A stretch of DNA of 32,000 nt from Nostoc sp. PCC 7120 = FACHB-418 (GCF_000009705.1 NC_003272.1:2610001-2642000); one strand, 5' to 3'. Counted from the first letter of the stretch, positions 22,724-30,982 are shown. Numbers and translations are program-made. Notes: a model not told the origin generated them from the letters alone.

Positions 22724-24202
22724 ATGGCACAGATGAATGGCACAATGATGCAATACTTCCACTGGTACATCCCTAACGATGGGAACTTGTGGAGTAAAGT
22801 TGAGGCTTCAGCACCAGAATTAGCAGATGCAGGTTTTACAGCCATGTGGCTACCACCAGCCTACAAGGGCTTTGCTGGGTCGTTTGATGTGGGATATGGT
22901 GTTTACGACTTATTTGATTTAGGTGAGTTTGATCAAAAAGGCTCGGTGCGGACGAAATATGGTACACGTCAGCAGTATCTTGATGCGGTTAAATCTCTGC
23001 AAACCCATGGTCTACAAGTTTATGCTGATGCGGTACTAAATCATAAGATGGGTGGTGATGCAGTAGAAACACCAAAAGCCACTCCTTTTCCTCAAGACGA
23101 TCGCCTGAATCCTAAAGGTGGGTTACAAGATATTAAGACCTACACTCATTATAATTTCCCTGGACGGCAAGGCAAATATTCTAACTTTGAGTGGCATTGG
23201 TGGCATTTTGATGCTGTTGATTATAACGAATATAACAGTGGCGATCGCAGCACAGTTTACTTATTAGAAGGTAAAAACTTTGACGACTACGTAGCCTTAG
23301 AAAAAGGCAACTTTGCCTATTTGATGGGTTGTGATCTGGATTTTCAAAATGAGTGGGTGCGCGGTGAAGTTACTTACTGGGGTAAGTGGTGTCTTGACAC
23401 TACAAAAGTAGATGGTTTCCGCATCGATGCTATTAAACATATTTCCACATGGTTCTTTCCTGAATGGATAGATGCACTAGAACGCCATGCTGGTAAAGAT
23501 TTATTTATGGTAGGAGAGTATTGGTATAACGATATTAATACTCTGCTTTGGTATGTTGATGCTGTTCGTGGCAAAATGTCAGTTTTTGACGTACCACTAC
23601 ATTACAACTTCCATCAAGCCAGCAAATCTGGAGGCAATTATGATATGCGCCGGATTTTGGATGGCACAATGATGCAACAACGTCCTACCCATGCTGTGAC
23701 ATTTGTCGAAAATCATGATTCTCAGCCTTTGCAAGCTTTGGAATCTGTCGTTGAACCTTGGTTTAAACCCTTAGCTTACGCCATTATTTTGTTACGACAA
23801 GAAGGCTATCCTTGTGTCTTTCATGCTGACTACTACGGTGCAGAGTATGAAGACTGGGGGAAAGATGGCAATCGTTACAATATTTTTATGCCGTCCCACC
23901 GTTGGATAATTGATAAGTTACTTTATGCACGTAAACATTATGCTTATGGGCCACAATACAATTATTTAGACCATTGGAATACTATTGGTTGGACACGCTT
24001 AGGTGATGCAGATCATCCTCAAGGAATGGCTGTGATTATGAGTGATGGTTCAGAAGGTATTAAATGGATGGAAGTTGGTAAACCCAATACTAAGTTTATT
24101 GACTTAACTGAACATATCAAAGAAGCTGTATATACCAATGAATGGGGCTGGGGTGAATTTCGTTGTCTAGGCGGTTCAGTATCTGTTTGGGTGCAAGCGT
24201 AA
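22724..24202 (+). CDS. amyA: GH13 alpha-amylase, cytoplasmic AmyA / Bacillus liquefying-amylase type
   Basis: MNGTMMQYFHWYIPNDGNLW...MWLPPAYKG...GYGVYDLFDLGEFDQKGSVRTKYGT...DAVLNHK...GFRIDAIKH...FMVGEYW...FVENHDS carries all four conserved GH13 regions. There is no signal peptide. Confidence 0.9.
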   Translation: MAQMNGTMMQYFHWYIPNDGNLWSKVEASAPELADAGFTAMWLPPAYKGFAGSFDVGYGVYDLFDLGEFDQKGSVRTKYGTRQQYLDAVKSLQTHGLQVYADAVLNHKMGGDAVETPKATPFPQDDRLNPKGGLQDIKTYTHYNFPGRQGKYSNFEWHWWHFDAVDYNEYNSGDRSTVYLLEGKNFDDYVALEKGNFAYLMGCDLDFQNEWVRGEVTYWGKWCLDTTKVDGFRIDAIKHISTWFFPEWIDALERHAGKDLFMVGEYWYNDINTLLWYVDAVRGKMSVFDVPLHYNFHQASKSGGNYDMRRILDGTMMQQRPTHAVTFVENHDSQPLQALESVVEPWFKPLAYAIILLRQEGYPCVFHADYYGAEYEDWGKDGNRYNIFMPSHRWIIDKLLYARKHYAYGPQYNYLDHWNTIGWTRLGDADHPQGMAVIMSDGSEGIKWMEVGKPNTKFIDLTEHIKEAVYTNEWGWGEFRCLGGSVSVWVQA

Positions 24203-24315
24203 AATATTTAGAACCCCAACCTCGCAATGCTGCTATGCGGTCGCACCCATTTTAAACACTTGTGGTAAATCCACTATTGCCTCATCTTCTCTAAAGATTA
24301 ACTCCAAAAAAGTTT

Positions 24316-25233
24316 ATGAACACTGAGCAAGACAATGGAAATCCGATTAAAGAAGCTATAGAATCCCCGCTCATAAAACTAAAAACTAAGAAAAAGAGCG
24401 CGAAAAAGATCAAAAAACTCAAGCTAAAAAAACACACGACTGAAGGTGAAGGAAGTTCTAAAATATCCAATCGGTTCTACGAAAAAGAAATAGCCAAACT
24501 GCAATTAGAACTGGTCAAAATGCAATATTGGGTAAAGTTTACAGGTGCGCGCATCGTCATTATTTTTGAAGGACGGGATGCCGCAGGTAAGGGGGGTACG
24601 ATTAAACGCATTGCCGAGCCGTTAAATCCGCGTGGCTGCCGTATCGTCGCTTTAGGCACGCCCAGCGATCGTGAAAAGACCCAATGGTACTTCCAACGCT
24701 ATGTAACCCATCTGCCAGCTGCGGGTGAAATTGTTTTGTTTGACCGCAGTTGGTATAATCGTGCTGGGGTAGAAAATGTGATGGGCTTTTGCACAGAAGA
24801 ACAGTACAAGCATTTCATGCAAGATTGTCCAGAATTTGAACGGATGTTGGTGCGTGAGGGCATCATTTTATTGAAGTATTGGTTTTCTGTTAGCGATGAT
24901 GAGCAAGAACGGCGCTTTCAATCGAGAACCACTGATCCAGCTCGGCGGTGGAAACTCAGTCCGATGGATCTCGAATCGCGCGATCGCTGGGTGGAATACT
25001 CTAAAGCCAAGGATCTCATGTTTGCCCATACCAATATTCCCGAAGCACCCTGGTTCACCGTCGAAGCAGACGACAAAAAACGCGCTCGCCTGAATTGTGT
25101 TCACCACATCCTCAGCAAGATTCCCTATGTGGATATGACTCCACAACCCCTGGAACTGTCTCCCCGGAAGTCTGCCGATAGCTATGTCAGACCACCTCTA
25201 AATGAACAGTTCTTTGTACCACAGATTTATTAG
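24316..25233 (+). CDS. ppk2: Polyphosphate kinase 2 (PPK2 family), with a Lys-rich N-terminal tail
   Basis: FEGRDAAGKGGTIKRI is the Walker A motif. LNPRGCRIVALGTPSDREKTQWYFQRYVTHLPAAGEIVLFDRSWYNRAGVE and RWKLSPMDL are the hallmark PPK2 motifs. Confidence 0.9.
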   Translation: MNTEQDNGNPIKEAIESPLIKLKTKKKSAKKIKKLKLKKHTTEGEGSSKISNRFYEKEIAKLQLELVKMQYWVKFTGARIVIIFEGRDAAGKGGTIKRIAEPLNPRGCRIVALGTPSDREKTQWYFQRYVTHLPAAGEIVLFDRSWYNRAGVENVMGFCTEEQYKHFMQDCPEFERMLVREGIILLKYWFSVSDDEQERRFQSRTTDPARRWKLSPMDLESRDRWVEYSKAKDLMFAHTNIPEAPWFTVEADDKKRARLNCVHHILSKIPYVDMTPQPLELSPRKSADSYVRPPLNEQFFVPQIY

Positions 25234-25237
25234 GTAG

Positions 25238-25411
25238 TCGTTTTTTGGTGTCGATTCACTTTCTCAAGTCCATGCCCAGATGCTGCGGCATGGAACAGGT
25301 TATTATCTGGCGAATCGACGAGGGATTGATACCCGAACAATTCAGAGTTATTTGGGGCATAAATCAGGTATAGATACCCGCAATGGATTGGTTGCCAGAG
25401 AGCCTGCTTGA
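25238..25411 (+). pseudogene. C-terminal remnant of a tyrosine recombinase / phage-type integrase
   Basis: The plus-frame translation is ...VHAQMLRHGTGYYLANRRGIDTRTIQSYLGHKSGIDTRNGLVAREPA*. It carries the H-x-x-R and LGH motifs of box II but has no upstream catalytic core and no start codon. The ORF-track entry 25230..25424 (-) is its antisense shadow. Confidence 0.6.
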
Positions 25412-25533
25412 AATGCACTTTCATATAGCAATTATTAAACCAATTTGCAATAGCCTGCGGCTACTCCTGCGGAGAACTCGCAGAGTAGGCTAACGCCAAT
25501 GCAATTCGCAATCAGAGCGCTAGTTGTTGCAAC

Positions 25534-26316
25534 TTAAATCTGCGAACTTTGCATGACTACAGTTCCAGTGGGACGAGAGACATTGGGGTTGGCCTCCAGT
25601 GTGACAATTAACCCAGAAAATTGTGGGTGAGAAAACTCTTGGTACATTTGAGGAGTGAATGGTAATTCAAGGGAAGCATTTCCCCAAGAATAGGGCTTGA
25701 CTTCACCACAGGGTAACTTCTCATTCTTCACTATTGTCCATAAAAAGTAGACATAACCAGGAGGTGGGGCGGGAAGATTTTGGAACACCATTACCGCTTT
25801 TTGTTGTTCAGGATTGATTACTATACTTCCTGAACTGTTACTGGTAGAGCTGACTGATTCAAAGGTATACAATCGCGTTTGGGAATTCTGGAGTAGGCTT
25901 TTAACCGCTTGGGCTTGGGCAAAATCCTGCTGTAAACGCTGGTTTTCTGCTGTGACAATACTTAGATTTTGTCGTAGCCGATAGTAATCGACCCCCAAAA
26001 GTAACACAAATAGTGCAGCAATACTACCAGCAATTCTTCTCCATCGCAGTGGCATTTGCTTAACTACAGTAGCCCGTGTAGTTGAGTTTTCAGCTTGTTC
26101 TAGAATTTTGGGGAGTAAATGGGCTGGTGCTTCTACCTCAGTGAAGCCATCTAGCACTTGTCGCAGAACTTCCTGCAAATCATCAACTTCGGCAATCAGT
26201 TCTGGATGTTCATCAAGTAACAGCCGAAATTCTTGGGCTTCTTCAGGGGTGAGATCATCGACGACAAACCCCGCAGCTAAGTTTTTGATATGTTCGGGAT
26301 CAAAAGATTTATTCAT
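25534..26316 (-). CDS. Anti-sigma factor, single-pass membrane protein with RskA-like extracytoplasmic domain
   Basis: The N-terminal anti-sigma helix region reads LAAGFVVDDLTPEEAQEFRLLLDEHPELIAEVDDLQEVL and the TM helix reads IAGSIAALFVLLLGV. Its start overlaps the sigma gene stop by 8 nt (TATGAATAA). Confidence 0.7.
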   Translation of the reverse strand: MNKSFDPEHIKNLAAGFVVDDLTPEEAQEFRLLLDEHPELIAEVDDLQEVLRQVLDGFTEVEAPAHLLPKILEQAENSTTRATVVKQMPLRWRRIAGSIAALFVLLLGVDYYRLRQNLSIVTAENQRLQQDFAQAQAVKSLLQNSQTRLYTFESVSSTSNSSGSIVINPEQQKAVMVFQNLPAPPPGYVYFLWTIVKNEKLPCGEVKPYSWGNASLELPFTPQMYQEFSHPQFSGLIVTLEANPNVSRPTGTVVMQSSQI

Positions 26317-26914
26317 AGATTGACAAATCAGAATCTAGTAAGATGCGCTTAAGTTTGAGTAATCCTTGGCGGGTAGAGGTTTTGACTGTACCTAGAGGGA
26401 TATCAATTTGTTTGGCAATTTCTGACTGACTTAATCCTTGGTGATAAGCTAGTTCGATTACTTGGCGTTGTTTTTCGGGTAGTTGGGCTAAAGCGTTGTG
26501 AATGCGCCCCGATCGCTCGGCAAAACTCGCCTGTTCAACAGGTGTTGGCTCTGGTGCGGCTTCATTTGTCATGGTTTGTCCCCACTTTTCCACAAGTTTG
26601 AGTTGTCTAGTGCGAGCGCGAATTTTGTCGATGGCACGCGATCGCGTTATTGTCACCAAATAGCGCACAAAAAAGCGACAATCAGGATTACTGGATGCTT
26701 TGCGCCACAGTGTGAGAAAAATTTCCTGGGTTAAGTCTTCTGCTTCTTGGGAATCAGCCAGAATTTTCAAAGCCAATCCATAAACTAAGCGACCATGACG
26801 ATTGAATAAAACACTTAATGCCGCCGAATCGCCATTTTTGAGTCCCACAAATAAAGCTTCATCCGTCACATCGGTAAGCCCTGTTAAAGTCGACTGGGAT
26901 TGTTTAGGCTCCAT
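26309..26914 (-). CDS. ECF-type sigma-70 family RNA polymerase sigma factor (SigG-like pairing with the downstream anti-sigma gene)
   Basis: Region 2 reads LVYGLALKILADSQEAEDLTQEIFLTLW. Region 4 reads LPEKQRQVIELAYHQGLSQSEIAKQIDIPLGTVKTSTRQGLLKL. Confidence 0.85.
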   Translation of the reverse strand: MEPKQSQSTLTGLTDVTDEALFVGLKNGDSAALSVLFNRHGRLVYGLALKILADSQEAEDLTQEIFLTLWRKASSNPDCRFFVRYLVTITRSRAIDKIRARTRQLKLVEKWGQTMTNEAAPEPTPVEQASFAERSGRIHNALAQLPEKQRQVIELAYHQGLSQSEIAKQIDIPLGTVKTSTRQGLLKLKRILLDSDLSIYE

Positions 26915-27065
26915 GCGATTTTTAACCCATATCTAAACTAATACAGTCGCCAGTTTTGCATACTTTTTCTGTCATCACCTCGCTCCACAACGTACATAGA
27001 GATATGTTTGCTTAAAAAAGCCGTCTATATAATATGACGACTGAGGGAGGCGATCGGATTTAGTG

Positions 27066-27082
27066 TTAGATGGGGATATTTG
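27066..27082. repeat. Left copy of the exact 17-bp direct repeat TTAGATGGGGATATTTG
   Basis: An identical 17-mer occurs at 31232..31248. The two copies bracket the toxin-antitoxin (TA)/defence island. Confidence 0.8.
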
Positions 27083-27112
27083 GATGGGGAGGGGGATGTA
27101 GGTTATAATTCG

Positions 27113-27367
27113 TCAGGCGGTGTCGTCACCATTTGCAGATTTTGGCATCGACTTAATTAATGCCCTGAGTACCTTATTAACAGATTCTGGCGTTGTAAAA
27201 ACTTCAGCAACATCTTCATCTAAAACCACAACTTTTAATAGTTGCTTTCCACCATGAGTTGCAAAACGATTTGGCTTTGCCTTTTTATAATCAAAGTGGT
27301 ACTCACCTAGAAGCTCATCATTTGCATTTTGTGACTCTTCAAAAGGCGTTTTGCTCATAGTCTTCAC
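27113..27367 (-). CDS. brnA: BrnA-family antitoxin
   Basis: It is 84 aa. The motif YHFDYKKAKPNRFA resembles the BrnA DFSKAKxNPxA signature. It overlaps the BrnT gene by 29 nt. Confidence 0.7.
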   Translation of the reverse strand: MKTMSKTPFEESQNANDELLGEYHFDYKKAKPNRFATHGGKQLLKVVVLDEDVAEVFTTPESVNKVLRALIKSMPKSANGDDTA

Positions 27368-27617
27368 GCTCTCTTCGAGTGGCTAAACGGGCGCTGATAA
27401 TACGAATGGCGTTAGGGCGTTCTGTGAACGAAATTATTAGCAAGCGATTGTTTTGAGAATGCCCAATAATAATCTCTCGCTTCTCACCCACTGAGTGAGC
27501 TTCATCATCAAAAATCACTGCTAGCACATTATCGAAGACAGTCTTGGCTTCTTCAAAGCTGACACTGTGCTTCTTGAGGTTAGTAGCTGCTTTTGACTCA
27601 TCCCACTCAAATTCCAT
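27339..27617 (-). CDS. brnT: BrnT-family (DUF497) ribonuclease toxin
   Basis: MEFEWDESKAATNLKKHSVSFEEAKTVFDN...HSVGEKREIIIGHS...IRIISARLATRREREDY matches the BrnT consensus closely. Confidence 0.8.
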   Translation of the reverse strand: MEFEWDESKAATNLKKHSVSFEEAKTVFDNVLAVIFDDEAHSVGEKREIIIGHSQNNRLLIISFTERPNAIRIISARLATRREREDYEQNAF

Positions 27618-27831
27618 GTCATCATCATAAGCGATCGCCTTTCATCACACACACTTTTATTTATCAAGGTTACGTCCGGTGGGAGCGATCGCTTTTCTCA
27701 AAGATGTTTAACGACAAAGTTGTGCGGCAGCAGATAAACTCGAACACCAACCGACAAACTTTGTACCGTCCGCACCAACGTATTGTTAGCTGGCTTACCC
27801 CACAGATAGCCTTCAAGTACGATTAGAGGAT

Positions 27832-28230
27832 TCAAGGCTGAAAACGAAGGTGTTGAAGAGCGCGCACCTGAGCAATGGTTTCAAAGTCACGATCATTATG
27901 GATCAAAAGCAAATTATTTTCCAGTGCTACTTGAGCAATACAGCAATCGATTGGACTACGAACGATAAGCCCTTGGCGGCGCAAGTCAAAATAGATGCGG
28001 GCTGCTGCTTGCCAAGACTGAACTGTGAGTTCAACGTAATTTTGTGTTTCGAGGTAAGTAGAAAGGAGAGTCCATTCTTGCTCGTTTAGGCTGCCTTGAA
28101 GTAATTCAAGCTGAGTGAATCGGGTGAGTAAAACTTCACGCTCGGCGATCAGAGTTTCAAGTTGTTGGCGAACTTGATCACTGCGATCGCGAAACACGCC
28201 AATCCAGACCGATGTATCAATCAGCAGCAT
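27832..28230 (-). CDS. vapC: PIN-domain toxin, VapC family
   Basis: MLLIDTSVWIGVFRD...ELLQG...IDCCIAQVALENNLLLIHNDRDFE. I prefer the ATG at 28230, which gives a 4-14 nt overlap with vapB, over the extended 169-aa call. Confidence 0.8.
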   Translation of the reverse strand: MLLIDTSVWIGVFRDRSDQVRQQLETLIAEREVLLTRFTQLELLQGSLNEQEWTLLSTYLETQNYVELTVQSWQAAARIYFDLRRQGLIVRSPIDCCIAQVALENNLLLIHNDRDFETIAQVRALQHLRFQP

Positions 28231-28429
28231 GACGAGTTTCACGCAGGGCTTTATGGTCAAAGTCAGGAGCGAACTGAATTTGCCCCGCGAGGTCGAGGAG
28301 ATTTTTTTTGCGGCGCGATCGCACGAGTTCTTGCAGAGCAAAGTTCACCAGTTCCTCTTGGCTGGCAAGGTTGGTCAGTTGGCTGGCTTCGTTAAGCAGA
28401 GACTCGTCAAGGTTAAGAATGATTTGCAT
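28217..28429 (-). CDS. vapB: VapB-type antitoxin
   Basis: MQIILNLDESLLNEASQLTNLASQEELVNFALQELVRSRRKKNLLDLAG is typical of the short type II VapB antitoxins found upstream of PIN toxins. Confidence 0.7.
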   Translation of the reverse strand: MQIILNLDESLLNEASQLTNLASQEELVNFALQELVRSRRKKNLLDLAGQIQFAPDFDHKALRETRHAAD

Positions 28430-28537
28430 GGAATGGGAATGCGAAGTAAGCACAATTATTCTTTTTACATCTTAACCTTATGGACAACCTACCTCAATTC
28501 ACGTATTGGTTAACTGGCTTTTTACCGTAGTTTTAAG

Positions 28538-29218
28538 CTACTTTCTTTGACGCAAAGCCCTTTCAAATCGCTCTGCTAAGACAACAGTCATAAATGGCTC
28601 CATAAATCCTCCAAAGAATGGAATTGAACGCATCATAGCTAACGAGACAAGCGTTGGATCAACAGACTTGCTAAGAACTCCTAAAATTGCACTTTCGGCG
28701 GCTTTACGAGTATATGAGCGACAGATAACATTCGCATTTTTCATATACACCTCAATTAGATCGGATGTATTATTTACAGAAATTAGCTCAAGGTAAACAC
28801 GGTCACCTGGATTCAATAGCTCAATGCTCAAATCAAGTTCGCTATTCTGACGCTGTAACTCACTAATTTTTCCAAAGCCGACTTCAGGTTCAGTCTTTAT
28901 GCTGTAGCCAACGATCTTGGCATTATTATCAAGTCGTACCAAAACTGGTTGATTTCCAACTGCTTGGTTTCCAGAATTGAAAACTTCGAGATTGAACAGA
29001 AAAACAGATGTTGTTTGTTCTCCTGCATATTTCACTTCTAATTTACTCCGAATCGTATCTGAAAATGTTAACAGCGAAGATGCGTCATTGATGACACAAT
29101 CAATTCGTCTAACTCGGCTTGTTTTTTGCCAGATGAATATGGACGCTGCTGCTGTTATTGCTGCTCCAACAACTCCACCAATAATTGCAGCAATCGTAGG
29201 GTTCTCATACCAATTCAT
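28538..29218 (-). CDS. Hypothetical membrane protein: N-terminal TM helix, beta-rich middle, hydrophobic/amphipathic C-terminus; family not recognised
   Basis: It is 226 aa. The TM helix is PTIAAIIGGVVGAAITAAASIFIW. The middle shows an alternating polar/hydrophobic pattern (KLEVKYAGEQTTSVFLFNLEVFNSG...LDLSIELLNPGDRVYLELISV). The C-terminus reads LVSLAMMRSIPFFGGFMEPFMTVVLA. It lies on the same strand as, and downstream of, the ThsA/ThsB-like genes. Confidence 0.5.
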   Translation of the reverse strand: MNWYENPTIAAIIGGVVGAAITAAASIFIWQKTSRVRRIDCVINDASSLLTFSDTIRSKLEVKYAGEQTTSVFLFNLEVFNSGNQAVGNQPVLVRLDNNAKIVGYSIKTEPEVGFGKISELQRQNSELDLSIELLNPGDRVYLELISVNNTSDLIEVYMKNANVICRSYTRKAAESAILGVLSKSVDPTLVSLAMMRSIPFFGGFMEPFMTVVLAERFERALRQRK

Positions 29219-29515
29219 CTATTGCATTACTCCTCATCACGTGAACATAAATTTCCAGCTAACGGCTAAAGTGAGCGGCAGTAGATGTGACCGAAACGAA
29301 GACGATGACTCTATACTATCCGCTCCACTGTTTTGTTAGCCCACGCTGAGTCATTATTGCTATGCTTCTGAGATTGATCGATTTCCATTAAAAATACTCC
29401 TTCGCACTTAATTGCAACTTCTTCATACAAAACAATGAATCCTCTAATTACATTCACTATTCCATTAGGGGACTTCACAAAAGTTAGGACGGTGTTTCAT
29501 AATCTTTGCTACAAC

Positions 29516-30115
29516 TTACAAACCATTCTTAGCCGATTTAATATCCAACAGGTTAATTCTGTCTATCTTGCTTTCATGTATAATAATGTGCAATTTTGCT
29601 GGATATTTAAACCGCATCTCACTAATTCTAAACGTCCAAAGCATTATCTTCAACAAGTCTTCATCACTGATGTTTTTGTGTTCTTTGATGCGTGTTATTC
29701 CTGAACCAAATATAGGAACTGAGACGCTCTTTTGTGCGTACACCCTATTAACCTTATCCCAAAATCTAATTAAAAAACCGAGATAATCTGGCATTGTCAA
29801 CCAAGCTCTATTTTGCTCATCAAACTTTGAGAATGCAGTCAAAAGATATTCGTTGTAAACACAGACAGTGCCAATACTATATCGTTTCTTCTTACCAAAT
29901 CTTCTAGCTGTATTTTCATCTAAAGTTTCATCATCATCGAACGAATAGTTCTCTATGTATTTGTCTAATTCGGATACAGGAATGTCAAGATGCTTGGCAA
30001 TGAAAATTCCATTGAGCGACTGTTGAGAAATTATCTTGTCATCGACCTGAGTATCAAAATACTCATTAAATGCAATGACTTTGAATCCAGGCTGCTTAAA
30101 AATGTTACCTTTTCT
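29516..30115 (-). CDS. ThsA-type Macro (DUF6430-like) domain module, open frame without a canonical start, +1 relative to the upstream 2TM ORF
   Basis: The frame is open from 30115 and translates as RKGNIFKQPGFKVIAFNEYFDTQVDDKIISQQSLNGIFIAKHLD...GKKKRYSIGTVCVYNEYLLTAFSKFDEQNRAWLTMPDYLGFLIRFWDKV...SVSVPIFGSGITRIKEHKNISDEDLLKIMLWTFRISE...KLHIIIHES. These motifs match my recollection of the Thoeris ThsA Macro family. The ORF track lists only the part after an internal TTG (29516..29842). Confidence 0.6.
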   Translation of the reverse strand, partial: RKGNIFKQPGFKVIAFNEYFDTQVDDKIISQQSLNGIFIAKHLDIPVSELDKYIENYSFDDDETLDENTARRFGKKKRYSIGTVCVYNEYLLTAFSKFDEQNRAWLTMPDYLGFLIRFWDKVNRVYAQKSVSVPIFGSGITRIKEHKNISDEDLLKIMLWTFRISEMRFKYPAKLHIIIHESKIDRINLLDIKSAKNGL

Positions 30116-30353
30116 TTACGGATACAATGCTTCCCTCAACATCTAGATTGACTTCTTCTAAGTAATTGGATTTAAGCCACAGAAAAGCATATATAATAAG
30201 TAGTATTGCTGCAAAAATGATGCCAAGTGTTAGTTTTACCTCTTTAGGTATCTCAACAAATATCAGTAGAAGAGAAAGCCCTACACTTATCCATGATGTA
30301 AATTCTAGGAATTGTTTGATAATTCTATTATCAAGCAAATTAACTTTGACCAA
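30105..30353 (-). CDS. Two-TM-helix N-terminal module of a ThsA-like effector (terminated by a frame change)
   Basis: It is 82 aa with helices WISVGLSLLLIFVEI and LTLGIIFAAILLIIYAFLW. The TTG start is preceded by AGGAGGAGG. It ends ...DVEGSIVSVKKR-TAA exactly where full-length TM-Macro proteins would continue into the Macro domain. Confidence 0.6.
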   Translation of the reverse strand: MVKVNLLDNRIIKQFLEFTSWISVGLSLLLIFVEIPKEVKLTLGIIFAAILLIIYAFLWLKSNYLEEVNLDVEGSIVSVKKR

Positions 30354-30421
30354 AGCCTCCTCCTAAACTTCAATTTTCTTGTTTTTTACCAAAGGCTGTC
30401 ATACCAACGGTTAAGACATTG

Positions 30422-30982
30422 TTATCGATAAAGATACACATCTGGTGTTGTTTTCGTGTTTGTCATGAAGTCATTATTTTTCAGCGACTCAGTAATAAGA
30501 TATTTATTCATCGGGACATGTAAAGTTGGAACTTTATTCATTGATTCCCTTAGTATCGGTAGCTTATTCCATAAATTCTTAATCTCGTCTTTTAAAGAGC
30601 CGTTATGCAAGAGGCTTTCCTTGGTATCGTAGTCGGGGTAGATCACAATTACCGGAAGTCCAAGTGAATTTATTCCGTAATCTATTTCCTCTTTTAGGGC
30701 GCGAGAATTTACTGTCCTTTCGCTGAGGAATAGGATCACGTTCTTTGAGTTTCTAAGACGTTCTCGGAGCCTTGGCTTCAAGGTTAACTCCCAGTCACTG
30801 CCATCTCGAACGCTGTAAGTTTTACTATGAGAGTCGTTGAAGGGAAAGGATGAGTCACTTCCTTTCCAAGTTCTCAGCAAATTGTAGTAAACAAAGTCCT
30901 TGGTTGCGTATGCGCCTAAAGCACTTTCATTAAATGGTTCAGCAACGTAGAAAGCACAGTAATTTCCGTTTTTGTATGACAT
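30422..30982 (-). CDS. TIR-like domain protein (DUF1863 / ThsB-like)
   Basis: MSYKNGNYCAFYVAEPFNES...FPFNDSHSKTYSVRDGSDWE..LKPRLRERLRNSKNVILFLSERTVNSRALKEEIDYGINSLGLPVIVIYPDY parallels the ThsB layout: beta-1 FFSFHY, then NTSVTCVLIGSQTFNRRWVRYEI...GNKIIGIHI. It includes the conserved Glu position. The ATG at 30982 is preceded by GAGGAA. Confidence 0.65.
   Translation of the reverse strand: MSYKNGNYCAFYVAEPFNESALGAYATKDFVYYNLLRTWKGSDSSFPFNDSHSKTYSVRDGSDWELTLKPRLRERLRNSKNVILFLSERTVNSRALKEEIDYGINSLGLPVIVIYPDYDTKESLLHNGSLKDEIKNLWNKLPILRESMNKVPTLHVPMNKYLITESLKNNDFMTNTKTTPDVYLYR

Noticed and set aside
25230-25424. A 64-aa minus-strand ORF.
   Set aside because: The opposite strand carries a clear integrase box II remnant, so the minus ORF is its antisense shadow.
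26108-26734. Plus-strand ORFs 26108..26323 and 26498..26734.
   Set aside because: They are antisense to the anti-sigma and ECF sigma genes and have Ser/Cys-rich, low-complexity translations.
27593-28513. Plus-strand ORFs 27593..27826, 27850..28089, 28162..28395 and 28229..28513.
   Set aside because: The last three are antisense to the VapB/VapC pair. The first lies in the brnT-vapC intergenic region, has no start context or family resemblance, and includes two HIP1 sites.
28977-29786. Plus-strand ORFs 28977..29339, 29435..29704 and 29568..29786, and 30166..30366.
   Set aside because: They are antisense to the membrane-protein, Macro-module and 2TM ORFs in AT-rich DNA, where long spurious ORFs are common. 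None has recognisable motifs.
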